Origin: Mobula hypostoma
Lineage: Eukaryota
Assembly (NCBI RefSeq): GCF_963921235.1
Contig: NC_086098.1
Location: 154,256,001 to 154,320,000 of the forward strand
DNA length: 64,000 bases
Direction: 5' to 3'
Shown piece after piece: positions 38,400 through 50,985 of the stretch (position 1 is the stretch's first letter; the number at the start of each line of letters is the position of its first letter). The position numbers and the translations under genes were made by a program. Below the pieces are notes generated by a model, which ran no database searches, was not told where the DNA came from, and saw nothing but the letters and a program-made list of their open reading frames with translations.

Positions 38400-41385
38400 G
38401 GAACTGGATGTTGGGGTAAACGGTCAAACGATTAAAGGCAGAATTCAATGTGAATCATATTACGTGACCCTATTGCTGCAGAAACATGAAGAGTGTAGAC
38501 CATAAAGGGTTCCATTTTATTTAGGTGTTGAATCACATATACCTGCACAGAATACAGGGCACTCACTTTACAGGGACAATATCAGTGAACATATAACAGG
38601 CATTAAACAAGAAATTAGAAATGCGTGTAATAAAGAAACAACAGTTACAATGGGTGACTTCAATCTACATATAGATTGGGTGAACCAAATTTGTAAGGGT
38701 GCTGAGGAAGAGGATTTCTTGGAACGTATGCGGGATGGATTTCTGAACCACCATGTCGAGGAACCAACTAGAGAGCAGGTCATTCTAGACTGGGTCTTGA
38801 GCAATGAGCAACACACATAAAGTTGCTGGTGAACACAGCAGGCCAGGCAGCATCTCTAGGAAGAGGTGCAGTCGACGTTTCAAATCCCTTACTCACTCTT
38901 CTTTCAGTTAGTCCTGACGAAGGGTCTCGGCCTAAAACGTTGACTGTACCTCTTCCTAGAGATGCTGCCTGGCCTGCTGCGTTCACCAGCAACTTTTATG
39001 TGTGTTGCTTGAATTTCCAGCATCTGCAGAATTCCTGTTGCTTGAGCAATGAGGAAGGGTTAGTTAGCAATCTTGTTGTGCGAGGCCCCTTGGGTAAGAG
39101 TGACCGTAATATGGTGGAATTCTTCATTAAGATGGAGAGTGACAGAGTTAATTCAGAAACATAGGTTCTGAACTTAAAGAAGGGTAACTTTGAAGGTATG
39201 AGATGTGAATTAGCTAAGATAGACTGGCAAATGATACTTAAAGGGTTGACAGTCGATGTGCAATGGCAAGCATTTAAAGATCGCATGGATAAACTACAAC
39301 AATTGTTCATCCCAGTTTAGCAAAAGAATAAACCAGGGAAGGTAGTGCACCCGTGGCTGACAAGGGAAATTAGGGATAGTATCAATTCCAAAGAAGAAAC
39401 ATAGAAATTAGCCAGAGAAAGTGGCTCACCTGAGGACTGGGATAAATTCAGAGTCCAGCAGAGGAGGAGAAAGGGCTTAATTAGGAAAGGGAAAAAAGAT
39501 TATGAGAGAAAGCTGGCATGGAACATAAAAACTGACTGTAAAAGCTTTTATAGATAAGTGAAAAGAAAAAGATTGGTTAAGACAAATGTAGGTCTCTTAC
39601 AGTCAGAAACAGGTGAATTGATTATGGCGAACAAGGACATGGCAGACCAATTGAATAACTACTTTGGTTCTGTCTTCACTAAGGAGGACATAAATAATCT
39701 TCCATAAGTAGTTGGGGACCGAGGGTCTCGTGAAATGGAGGAACTGAGGGAAATACATGTTAGTAGGGAAGTGGTGTTAGGTAAATTGAAGGAATTAAAG
39801 GCAGATAAATTTCCAGGGGCAGATGGTCTGCATCCCAGAGTGCTTAAGGAAGTAGCCCAAGAAATAGTGGATGTATTAGTGATAATTTTTCAAAACTAGA
39901 TTCTAGATTAGTTCCTGAGGATTGGAGGGTGGCCAATGTAACCCCGCTTTTTAAAAAAGGAGGGAGAGAGAAACCGGGGAATTATAGTCCGGTAAGCCTA
40001 ACATCGGTGGTGGGGAAAATGCTAGAGTCAGTTATCAAAGATGTGACAACAGCACATTTGGAAAGTGGTGAAATCATTGGACGAAGTCAGCATGGATTCG
40101 TGAAAGCAAAAAATCATGTCTGACGTATCTCATAGAACTTTTTGAGGTTGTAACTAGTAGAGTGGATAGGGGAGAACCAGTAGATGTGATATATTTGGAT
40201 TTTCAAAAGGCTTTTGACAAGGTCCCATACAGGAGATTAGTGTGCAAACTTAAAGCATATGGTATCGGGAGTATGGTATTGATGTGGATAGAGAATTGCT
40301 TGGCAGACAGGAAGCAAAGAGTGGGAATAAACGGGACCTTTTCAGAATGGCAGGCAGTGACTAGTGGGGTACCGCAAGGCTCAGTGCTGGGACCCCAGTT
40401 GTTTACAATATATATTAATGACTTAGACGAGGGAATTAAATACAGCAACTCCAAGTTTGCAGATGACACGAAGCTGGGCGGCAGTGTTAGCTGTGAGGAG
40501 GATGCTAAGAGGATGCAGGGTGACTTGGATAGGTTAGGTGAGTGGGAAAATTCATGGCAGATGCAATTTAATGTGGATAAATGTGAGTTTATCCACTTTG
40601 GTGGCAAGAACTGGAAAACAGATTATTATCTGAATGGTGGCCGATTAGGAAAAGGGGAGGTGCAACGAGACCCGGCTGTCATTGTACACAAGTTATTGAA
40701 AGTGGACATGCAGGTACAGCAGGCGGTGAAAAAGGCGAATGGTATGCTGGCATTTATAGCAAGAGGATTCGAGTACAGGAGCAGGGAGGCACTACTGCAG
40801 TTGTATTAGGCCTTGGTGAGACCACACCTGGAGTATTGTGTGCAGTTATGGTCCCCTAATCTGAGGAAAGACATCCTTGCCATAGACGGAGTACAAAGAA
40901 GGTTCACCAGATTGATTCCTGGGATGGCAGGACTTTCATATGATGAAAGACTGGATCGGCTAGGCTTATACTCTTTGGAATTTAGAAGATTGAGGGGGGA
41001 TCTTATTGAAACGTATAAAATCCTAAAGGGATTGGACAGGCTAGATGCAGGAAGATTGTTCCCGATTTTGGGGAAGTCCAGAACGAGGGGTCACAGTTTA
41101 AGGATAAAGGAGAAGCCTTTTAGGACCGAGATTAGGAAAACCTTCTTCACACAGAGAGTGGTGAATCTGTGGAATTCTCTGCCACAGGAAACAGTTGAGG
41201 CCAGTTCATTGGCTGTATTTAAGAGGGAGTTAGATATGGCCCTTGTGGCTAAAGGGATCGGGGGTATGGAGAGAAGGCAAGTACGGGGTTCTGAGTTGGA
41301 TGATCAGCCATGATCATACTGAATGGCGGTGCGGCTCGAAGGGCCGAATGGCCTACTCCTGCACCTATTTTCTATGTTTCTATAA
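38400..41385 (+). mobile_element. CR1 LINE ORF2 (EN end - RT - 3' tail), lightly decayed
   Basis: ANVTPLFKKG, YLDFQKAFDKV, PQGSVLGP, KFADD, RPHLEYCVQ; tail tttctatgtttctat. Confidence 0.92.
38809..39040. mobile_element. 232-bp internally inverted Penelope-like 3'-end insertion with 13-bp TSD
   Basis: cttgagcaatgag at 38796-38808 and 39041-39053; the left arm is the reverse complement of the right arm. Confidence 0.82.
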
Positions 41386-42199
41386 GGGGAAAGGCCATGG
41401 AATCTAGCAACGCTATTATAAACATGGAAATGACATTGGTCATTAGTACAAATAAATATAAGGGATAACGGTCTTACGCTTTATCTCCGCAAACTATGCG
41501 TTGGGCCGTGTTGAGAACACATTACTGGTGATATTCAGTCTCATATGTTACATTTAAAGCATGATCAACATCTAATTCTTAAAGACCTGAAGGACATTGC
41601 GCAGTATGAACTGAGTAGCGAGAAGTTGAAAACAAAGAAACAAGGAAACTTAGAACAAAATAACAAAACATCCGATCAGTTTAGGACTATAGGACTTTTT
41701 CAGTGTTATGACGAAAGTTAGCGACTATTGTTTTTTTTTGAATAAAGTCAAAACATACTACAGTATTAGACTATGAGACAAGATGACAGGGCTAAGCGAA
41801 GCATTGATTACTGCAGTGAAGGTGTTAAGTACCGACATCAGAATCAATGGAGGAATTCTTTTAATATTCTATCTCGGATCAATAAAATAAAAGGTGCGAC
41901 TGATATATCAAACTGATATTTTCTCAGAGTTGATTTTAAAATCATTACAGTGTTACGCCCTTCCATATGTTTAATTGCCGTATTTAAACACATGCCAGGA
42001 CAGATAAGATGCGCCAAGTCGGATCCTTTATCCTGTACATTTCTCAGATTCATGATCAATATTTGAAACTGACTGCCAATCGTGTCCATTTTAACGTGAT
42101 ATTTTGTTAAAAATCCACTACAATATAAAGACTATAATGGTTATTTACAGCAAAAATTGCGTGTGCATCTAATATTGGTGCTGAAAGCACAATACTCAC

Positions 42200-42301
42200 G
42201 TTTCGCATTCCAACGCCTTGCGGCTAAGAGCAAAATAACCGGTAGGAGCATGCCCATCAGCAAGTAAAGCCATTGAAATTTGTTCGTCTGGAAATCGGAT
42301 C
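42200..42301 (-). CDS. Transmembrane exon of the IgSF receptor
   Basis: Acceptor tatcttcattcttgataag|GA; 102 nt encoding SDFQTNKFQWLYLLMGMLLPVILLLAARRWNAK (uncharged hydrophobic core followed by RR); donor C|gtgagt; phase 1-1. Confidence 0.85.
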
Positions 42302-42709
42302 CTTATCAAGAATGAAGATAATAATAGCTATTATTTGTGTAACCATCATAGCAAACTATATTTACTTCAACAAATATAACTAAAACTTTAAAAAAACAAC
42401 TAAAATGATCAATGCTATTATCGCAGCAAGATGACCCATAATGTTTTGAGATCGCTTACAATACTGTGTAATCTACATCAAATGAATTTAGTTAACGGTC
42501 TGGGTCTTTATTGAGGTGAATTTCTCTTCTTAGCGGAAGTGCTTTTTATTAAAATACAACAGACTACATCTATTTTTAAAAGGTCCAGGAGAGAGTTTCC
42601 TGAATTCTGAGAAATGATCAATTGGTAATCGCACGTTAGTGTTTCAGACTCTGTGTTCACTGGCTGGCATGGCGTCAACACACAGAACCTGCATTTTTTA
42701 CCGTTGCAG

Positions 42710-43232
42710 CACACATCAAAGTTGCTGGTGAATGCAGCAGGCCGGGCACCACCTATAGGAAGAGGTGCAGTTGACGTTTCGGGCCGAGACCCTTCGCCAG
42801 GACTAACTGAAGGAAGAGCTAGTAAGAGATTTGAAAGTAGGAGGGGGAGGGGGAGATCGGAAATGATAGGAGAAGACGGGAGGAGGAGGGATGGAGCCAA
42901 GAGCTGGACAGGTGATTGGCAAAAGGGATATGAGAGGATCATGGGATAGGAGGCCCAGGGAGAAGGAAAGGGGGGAGAGGGGAAAACCCAGAGGATGGGC
43001 AAGGGGTATAGTCAGAGGGACAGAAGGAGAAAAAGGAGAGAGAGAGAAAGAATGTGTGTATATAAATAAATAACAGATGGGGTACGAGGGGGAGGTGGGG
43101 CATTAGCGGAAGTTAGAGAAGTCAATGTTCATGCCATCAGGTTGGAGGCTACCCAGACGGAATATAAGGTGTTGTTCCTCCAATCTGAGTGTGGCTTCAT
43201 CTTTGCAGTAGAGGAGGCCGTGGATAGGCATA
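42710..43232 (-). mobile_element. Penelope-like element 3' fragment
   Basis: Reverse complement of 43460-43980. Confidence 0.75.
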
Positions 43233-43364
43233 TGTTATCTGTTGTCTTTTAACAAAAAGCACTTCCACTAAGAAGAGAAATTCACCTCAATAAAGACCCA
43301 GACTGTTAACTAAATTAATTTGATGTAGATTACACAGTATTGTGAAGAGATCTCAAAACATTAT

Positions 43365-44003
43365 CGGACAGAGTGCCAGAGAAAGCAGGATCTCCCAGTG
43401 GCCACACATTTTAATTCCACATCCCATTACCATTCTGACATGTCTATCCACGGCCTCCTCTACTGTAAAGATGAAGCCACACTCAGGTTGGAGAAACAAC
43501 ACCTTATATTCCGTCGGGGTAGCCTCCAACCTGATGGCCTGAACATTGACTTCTCTAACTTCCGCTAATGCCCCTCCTCCCCCTCGTACCCCATCCGTTA
43601 TTTATTTATATACACACATTCTTTCTCTCTCTCTCTCTCCTTTTTCTCTCTCTGTCCCTCTGCCTATACCCCTTGCCCATCCTCTGGGCCCCCCCTTCCC
43701 CCTTTTCGTTCTCCCTGGGCCTCCTGTTCCAAGATCCTCTCATATCTCTTTTGTCAATCACCAGTCCAGCTCTTGGCTCCATCCCTCCCCCTCCCGTCTT
43801 CTCCTATCATTTTGGATCTCCCCCTCCCCCTCCCACTTTCAAATCTCTTTCTAGATCTTCCTTCAGTTAGTCCTGAAGAAGGATCTCGGCCCGAAATGTC
43901 GACTGTACCTCTTCCTAGAGATGCTGCCTGGCCTGCGGCTTTCACCAGCAACTTTGATGTGTGTTGCTTGAATTTTCGGCATCTGCAGAATTCCTCGTGT
44001 TTA
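43365..44003 (+). mobile_element. Penelope-like element 3' fragment (GIY-YIG C-terminal coding remnant plus 3' UTR)
   Basis: Translates as HFNSTSHYHSDMSIHGLLYCKDEATLRLEKQHLIFRRGSLQPDGLNIDFSNFR*, typical of Penelope endonuclease C-termini. Confidence 0.75.
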
Positions 44004-44900
44004 CATTTTTACCTGGCACCTGTTATAGAATTAGATGAATAAAATATTAGAGTAGAGTTATATAGTTTAGTAGCATTTGTTGCTGTACCTACTGACTGTA
44101 CTTATTTATTTCGGGTTTTATCTCAGATTTCCTCCGTTTATTTCTTTAAATCATCATATGTCCAGATCTCCCGGTTTATGTTGTTGCTTGCTTTTGCAGC
44201 TCTGCGGCTATCCTTGAATAAATTGTGCGACGACTTTCAGAAAAATTAAATATAAAAGCCGAAAGTTCGAGTAAAATTAGGACGATTCAAAGCGGTTGTG
44301 TTTACTTTATGCAAAGGTTTGAAGACAGTCATCCACCCTTTTCATCAAGTGATCGCCGGTCCAGTTATCAGAACTGCAATTAGCAAACCTCTTCATTTCC
44401 AAACATAAGAGCACCATTGACATTTGGTATCCTCAAACCGGTCAAAAAATGATTCAAGCTCTGATTGAAATGCAAAAAGAGGCGGAATTGGCGTGGGGCT
44501 AGGAACCCCATTCTGTAATGAAACTGGAGCGAGAGGAACGCGAACTAAGCTCCGAAGAGTTCATCCCTGCGAGAGGGAAGTTCTTCGCTTAGAAGACGTA
44601 AGACACCTGGGGATAACTTCAAAAAGACTGGCGAGCTTCTGTCGGCGCTTTATGCCGCGCAGGGGGTGCTGGGCTTAAGAAGAACAAGAAACTCTGATTG
44701 AATATACCTATGAGAAGAACAAATTACGTGTAGGAGAGAAGTTATTTACCTATCTTGCACATTGATTTGTCAGTCTTTCTGTATAATTTTTTATAAACTC
44801 TAATGTATTTCTTTATTTTCCTGAAATTCCCTGCAAGAAAATTAATCTCAATGCAGCTATAGTAATATATAGGCACTTTGATAATAAATTTATTTTGACT

Positions 44901-45222
44901 AACGTTCCCTCTATTTTTGTTTATAGTTGCGCCAATGAGCCATTGCTCTGAGCAGGAAATTGTTGCACAGCCTGAAATCTGCGTGATACCTGTGAATATT
45001 TAAAAGAAACATCAAAAAACCTCATACTTTTGAATACTTTTGATTTTATTTAATAACTGAATTGGAATCATGAAATATGGCACAACAAAGAAAACAACTT
45101 CCATGTTTCGTAAGCATTTTTTCGGCTGTCTTTATTCCAGCTGCGCGGCAATAAAGGCGACGTGCGCGGGAGCATTGCTTGTACTGTGCGGCCACGCACC
45201 CGCGCAGCTTAGAGGGAACAAA
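44901..45222. mobile_element. MITE-like element with gttccctcta/tagagggaac termini
   Basis: Inverted terminal 10-mers; TSD not clear. Confidence 0.5.
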
Positions 45223-45865
45223 AAGTGGCCTTGACTGGTAATTTTAACGACTAGGTGGCAATGTTTAGGTCAAATTGGTGCGCCCAACTTGACCCAGGTC
45301 CACCACATGCATTAATGCTAACCACGTAAATACAATAGAGCTGAAGGCAAATATTTTTAAGTTATCTACATTGATTCTGTAAAACTGCTTGTAAGTGGAA
45401 CATACCTATATTTTGTTCCGTTCGCTTCCGTCTCCCCAGGTGCCTGCTTTGCTTTTGTCGGATGACAACTCATTTGGAAATGCTGGCCAGGCTTTACTGT
45501 TGCAGAAGGACAGTGTCTCTCGGCCACTTTGCGAATCTGGCTGTATGGTCGAGCTAGCTCCTGCCCTCACCTCCCTACATCCTGGTGCACCTCAACACCC
45601 TTTACCGACACTCAGGAAAGATCGGGACGAACGATTCAGCTGACACCCCCTCACACAAGTCCTCCTCCCCAAATCCCGAGCTGGTACTGTTGATCAGTGG
45701 CAGCTCCAACATTTTTTTTAAAATTTTCGGATCATGAACTCAGTCCGCTGTTCCACTGGATGTTTACGTCGCTGATAAATATGTAATCGTTTAATGCAAG
45801 TTGAATTTCAATAAAATTCAATTACAGTATAGTTCCACATGTATAAAGTTAATCATAAATCCTAC

Positions 45866-46130
45866 CTGTCACGATCAAACGGCTTCCGTTGCCCATAAAA
45901 CCCCCAGTGGATGGCGGATTTAGAGTCATCAGTTCACAGTAATATATGCCGCTGTCTTCTTGCTGAAGATTATTTATTGATAACTCGCTTCTGATTATGC
46001 TTTGCTGATTGGTATTTTCCACCTCGGTGGAAAGGTTTCTTTTGTATACGTTGTTCATGTAAATTATGTATGTTTGATTCGTTGACTTTTCTGATCGATG
46101 AAGCCAGTTGACTACAAAGTCGAGAATGTT
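45866..46130 (-). pseudogene. 3' half of the Ig V exon (C-strand Trp to J-like G strand)
   Basis: NILDFVVNW...LSINNLQQEDSGIYYC...FMGNGSRLIVT, followed by phase-1 donor ACAG|gtagga at 45866/45865. In frame with the 5' half once the L1 and one TSD copy are removed (372-nt exon). Confidence 0.92.
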
Positions 46131-46486
46131 CTTTTCTTTTTAAATCTTTTTATTGAGTAAGTATACAAAAAAGGTAAGCCATATAAACATTAATACAATG
46201 TTAAAGTATAATAAAATTCCAAAAGATAACAATACCAAAAAGAAAATACTACAAACAATGTAATTTAAGCATAAGAAACCAAGATAACATAATAGTATAC
46301 TAGATTTTATATATATCAATGGAAAAAAAAAGAAAAAAAAACCCCAAAAAAAAACCCACCGTGCAACTAACTAAAAGCAAAGCAAAGCAATGGGCTAACT
46401 TGAAACCAAACAGAGTTAAACTTAAAATCACGTCCTCAATCCCGACCTCCATTAAAACAGTGAAGAAAAAACAAGAAGGGTAAATA

Positions 46487-49400
46487 TTACATTAAATGAA
46501 AATATCGAATAAAAGGTCCCCAAATCTGTTCAAATTTAAATGAAGAATCATAAAGGTTACTTCTAATTTTCTCCAGATTCAAACATAAAATCGTCTGAGA
46601 AAACCAAAAAAAGGTAGTTGGAGCATTAAGCTCTTTCCAATGTTGTAAAATACATCTTTTCGCCATTAAAGTAAGAAATGCAATCATTCTACGGGCTGAA
46701 GGGGAAAGATTACTAGAAATTTTAGGTAGTCCAAAGATAGCAGTAATAGGGTGAGGAGAGATATCTATATTTAATACCTTAGAAATAATATTAAAAATAT
46801 CTCTCCAAAAAGTTTCCAAAGTAGGGCAAGACCAAAACATATGAGTTAAAGAGGCTATCTGCCCCGAACATCTATCACAGAAAGGATTAATATGCGAGTA
46901 AAAACGCGCTAACTTATCTTTGGACATATGTGCTCTATGAACCACTTTAAATTGAATTAGGGAATGTTTAGCACAAATAGAGGAAGTATTAACTAATTGT
47001 AAAATCTGCCCCCAATCATCCACAGAAATGGTAAGCCCCAATTCCTGTTCCCAATCTACCCTAATCTTATCAAATGGAGCTTTCCTAAGTTTCATAATAA
47101 TATTATAAATCATAGCCGATGCACCTTTCTGACATGGATTAAGGTTAATTATCGAATCTAAAATATATATAGGAGGAAGCATTGGAAAGGAAGAAAGTAT
47201 AGTACTTAGGAAATTTCTAACTTGTAAATATCTAAAAAAATGTATTCTTGATAAGTTATATTTATTAGATAATTGTTCAAAAGACATAAGGGAACCATCT
47301 AAAAATAAATCCAAAAACCGTAAAATACCCTTAGTCTTCCAAGTTTGAAAAGCGCGATCCGTAAAAGAGGGAGGAAAAAATATGTTACCTAAAATAGGAA
47401 TCGCTAACCCGAATTGATTAAGATCAAAAAATTTTCTGAATTGAAACCAAATGCGCAAAGCATATTTAACTATCGGGTTAGAGACCTGCTTAAGACGTTT
47501 CGAATCAAAAGGAAGAGAGGAACCTAAAATAGAACCAAGTGTATAACCCTGAACAGATTGTAATTCCAATGCTACCCATTTAGGAATAGATAGTATGTCC
47601 CGGTCAAGTAACCAAAATTTCATATGTCGAATATTAATAGCCCAATAATAAAATCTAAAGTTAGGTAATGCTAAACCTCCATCTCTCTTAGCTTTCTGTA
47701 AATGTATTTTACCCAGTCTCGGATTCTTATTCTGCCAAATAAATGAAGAAATTTTAGAGTCAACTTTATCAAAAAAAGATTTAGGAATGAAAATTGGTAA
47801 TGCCTGAAACACATATAAAAATTTTGGCAAAAAAAACATCTTAACTGCATTAATACGACCAATCAAAGTTAAATATAAGGGAAACCATTTAGATGAAAGT
47901 TGAGTAATATGGTCTATTAATGGTAAAAAGTTAGTCTTAAATAAATCTTTATGTTTACAAGTAATTTTAATCCCAAGATATGAAAAGTAATTATTAATCA
48001 ATTTAAATGGAAATTTATAATATAAGGGAAGATGTTTATTAATCGGAAAAAGTTCACTCTTACTAAGATTTAATTTATAACCTGAGAAAAGACCAAATTG
48101 TGCTAATAACTCTAAAACAGCAGGAATGGATCTCTCAGGATTAGAAATATATAAAAGTAAATCATCAGCATAGAGTGATAATTTATGGGACTTTAATCCC
48201 CGAGTTATCCCAGTAATATTTGAAGATTCTCGAATAGCAATTGCAAGAGGTTCTAATGCAATATCAAATAATAGGGGACTAAGAGGACAGCCTTGTCGAG
48301 TACCACGAAAGAGAGGAAAAAAAGGTGAGTTTAAGGAGTTAGTACGAACCGAGGCTACAGGGGAGTGATATAACAGTTTAATCCAGGATATAAATTTCAA
48401 GCTAAAATTAAACATTTCAAGCACCTTAAATAAATAAGGCCATTCTACTCTATCAAAAGCTTTCTCGGCATCTAAAGAAATAACACACTCAGGAACATTT
48501 TGTGAGGGAGTATAAACGATATTTAACAATGTACGAATATTATAAAAAGAGTAACGACCGTTAATAAAACCCGTTTGGTCTTCCGAAATAATAGAAGGGA
48601 GTACTTTTTCTAGTCTATTTGCTAATAACTTAGAAAAAACTTTAGAATCAACATTTAATAAAGATATTGGTCTATAAGATGCACATTGAGCAGGGTCTTT
48701 ATCCTTCTTTAGTATTAAAGAAATTGATGCTCTATTAAAAGATTCCGGAAGTTTACCAAGTTTCAAAGAAGCCTCAAAAACCTTATAGAGCCAAGGAATC
48801 AATAAAGAAGCAAAACATTTATAAAATTCAACGGTAAACCCATCAGGGCCAGGAGCTTTCCCCAGATTCATAGAAAAAATAACATTCTTAATCTCATCCA
48901 TTGTAATGGAAGTATCTAATAAAGAAGACATATCCTGTGAAATCAGAGGGAAGTCTAACTTATCTAAAAAATCATTCATATATTTAGAATCTCGAGGAGA
49001 CTCTGATTGATATAAAGAAGAATAAAAATCACAAAAGGTTTGATTAATCCCCACATGATCCAATATCAATCGATCATTTTGGTTATAAATCTGATTGATT
49101 TGAGATTTAACATAATTAGATTTCAATTGATTAGCCAGCAGCTTGCCAATTTTATCACTGTGAACATAAAAATCACTTCTTGTTTTCTTTAATTGGTTTA
49201 CAATCGAGGACGAGAGTAGTAAACTGTGTTCCATTTGAAGTTCAGTTCTTTGTTTGTATAGCTCCTCAGAAGGAGCCATAACATATTTCTTATCAATTTC
49301 TTTAATCTTGTCCACAATTACCATCTCCTCCTGCTTCTGTTTCTTCCTCAAAGCAACGGAATACGAAATAATCTGACCCCGAATATAGGCTTTAAAAGTG

Positions 49401-50263
49401 TCCCAAAGAGTGTTAACCGAAATATCTTCTGTATGGTTAATTGTAAAAAAAAGCTCAATCTGTTCATTCATAAAATTAACAAAGTCCGAGTCCTGAAGCA
49501 ACAGCGAATTAAAACGCCATTGTCTATTGTTTGGTATATTGGCCATAATTTTAATAGAAAGCTTAAGTGGAGCATGATCCGAAATGGTTATAGAATCATA
49601 ATCACATTTAATCACTGAAGGAATGAGACGAGAATCAATGAAAAAATAATCAATTCTTGAATAGGAATGATGAACATGTGAAAAGAAGGAAAAATCTTTT
49701 TCCTGAGGATGCAGAAAACGCCAAATGTCCGTCGACCCAGAATCAGAAAGGAAAAAATTAATCAAATTTGCAGATTTATTAGGTAAAGTCCGTAAAGGAG
49801 CCGAACGGTCCAAAGCTGGAGATAAACAGGTATTAAGATCTCCACCCCAAATCAATGAAAACTCGTTCAAATTCGGAAACTGATCAAACAATGATTTATA
49901 AAATTCCGGACAATCCATATTAGGAGCATAAACATTAACCAAAACTACTTTTTTATTAAATAATAAACCACTAACCAATAAAAATCTACCATTCGGATCA
50001 GAGATAATATCCTGTTGTATAAAAGTAACTGAGGAGTCTATAAAAATAGAGACGCCTCGAATCTTAGCATTGGAGTTCGAATGAAATTGTTGTCCCTTCC
50101 AGAATTTGAAAAAACGTAGTCTGTCCCCCCTCCGTACATGGGTCTCTTGTAAAAATAAAATTTGTGCTTTAAGTCTCCGGAACACTTTAAAAACTTTTTT
50201 CCTTTTAATAGGATGATTAAGACCATTAGTATTCCAGGAGACAAAATTAATAATAGACTCCAT
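46487..50263 (-). CDS. L1 ORF2p (APE endonuclease - reverse transcriptase - CCHC)
   Basis: 1258 aa from ATG 50263 (MESIINFVSWNTNGL). APE motifs LQETH, NVYAPN, GGDLN, SRIDY, SDH; RT motifs PGPDG, QGCPLSP, YADD; C-terminal CDRC...HMFWSC. Confidence 0.96.
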   Translation of the reverse strand: MESIINFVSWNTNGLNHPIKRKKVFKVFRRLKAQILFLQETHVRRGDRLRFFKFWKGQQFHSNSNAKIRGVSIFIDSSVTFIQQDIISDPNGRFLLVSGLLFNKKVVLVNVYAPNMDCPEFYKSLFDQFPNLNEFSLIWGGDLNTCLSPALDRSAPLRTLPNKSANLINFFLSDSGSTDIWRFLHPQEKDFSFFSHVHHSYSRIDYFFIDSRLIPSVIKCDYDSITISDHAPLKLSIKIMANIPNNRQWRFNSLLLQDSDFVNFMNEQIELFFTINHTEDISVNTLWDTFKAYIRGQIISYSVALRKKQKQEEMVIVDKIKEIDKKYVMAPSEELYKQRTELQMEHSLLLSSSIVNQLKKTRSDFYVHSDKIGKLLANQLKSNYVKSQINQIYNQNDRLILDHVGINQTFCDFYSSLYQSESPRDSKYMNDFLDKLDFPLISQDMSSLLDTSITMDEIKNVIFSMNLGKAPGPDGFTVEFYKCFASLLIPWLYKVFEASLKLGKLPESFNRASISLILKKDKDPAQCASYRPISLLNVDSKVFSKLLANRLEKVLPSIISEDQTGFINGRYSFYNIRTLLNIVYTPSQNVPECVISLDAEKAFDRVEWPYLFKVLEMFNFSLKFISWIKLLYHSPVASVRTNSLNSPFFPLFRGTRQGCPLSPLLFDIALEPLAIAIRESSNITGITRGLKSHKLSLYADDLLLYISNPERSIPAVLELLAQFGLFSGYKLNLSKSELFPINKHLPLYYKFPFKLINNYFSYLGIKITCKHKDLFKTNFLPLIDHITQLSSKWFPLYLTLIGRINAVKMFFLPKFLYVFQALPIFIPKSFFDKVDSKISSFIWQNKNPRLGKIHLQKAKRDGGLALPNFRFYYWAINIRHMKFWLLDRDILSIPKWVALELQSVQGYTLGSILGSSLPFDSKRLKQVSNPIVKYALRIWFQFRKFFDLNQFGLAIPILGNIFFPPSFTDRAFQTWKTKGILRFLDLFLDGSLMSFEQLSNKYNLSRIHFFRYLQVRNFLSTILSSFPMLPPIYILDSIINLNPCQKGASAMIYNIIMKLRKAPFDKIRVDWEQELGLTISVDDWGQILQLVNTSSICAKHSLIQFKVVHRAHMSKDKLARFYSHINPFCDRCSGQIASLTHMFWSCPTLETFWRDIFNIISKVLNIDISPHPITAIFGLPKISSNLSPSARRMIAFLTLMAKRCILQHWKELNAPTTFFWFSQTILCLNLEKIRSNLYDSSFKFEQIWGPFIRYFHLM

Positions 50264-50985
50264 AAATCCTAAAGTCAACCCATAACAAGGAGGATTGACA
50301 ATAGGCGCGACCCACAAACCCGGAGAGGAAACAGAACATACAAAAGATACCGGGGAAAAGGACGCAACCAATACTTCAATAATGTATATAGCCCAAAGAG
50401 AAACAAACTAAAACGTGAAGCCCCTCCCACCGCCCCCCACCCCAGGACCCCAAGGCGAAATCTAAAGCAGACCCGCCAGAAAGAAGCAAGCGCTAAAACT
50501 ACCCCCATGACTTCCGGTATACGCTCCCTAAAAAAAAGGTATAAATATGAAAAGGATCAGCTAATTGTAAAACAGTAAAAAAATAAGTAAAAAAAAAGTT
50601 AGCTCAATTAAAATACACACAGAACAGAACAAAAGCCGGAAAGTATATATTAAAAAAAAACCACAATAAACCTCAAACTCATGAATAGACACAGCAACAA
50701 AAAAAATAGGATTATTAACATAAAATGATTATAAAAAGCAAAACAGAATAAAATTTAAAAAAAACTACAAAATTTAAGGCCGCACAGGAAATACGTAAGA
50801 TGACAAAAGGGAAGTAACCACCCAGAATCCCCTGGGAAAAGAAAGAAATGACGCAGTTAAAAAGAAAGTTTAGCAGCCATATTAAGAAATCGAAAGTAAA
50901 CTTTTCTGCCCAAATAGGGCACAGAAAAGTTAAAACCAACCAATTCACAGCCTCCGATCAACGGAGAAAATTAAAAAAAAGGCAA

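Noticed and set aside
41520-41610. Strong minus-strand acceptor with a nearby VTYETE motif
   Set aside because: The phase-1 frame stops after LHTAQCPSGL and there is no donor; at most an alternative short-tail ending.
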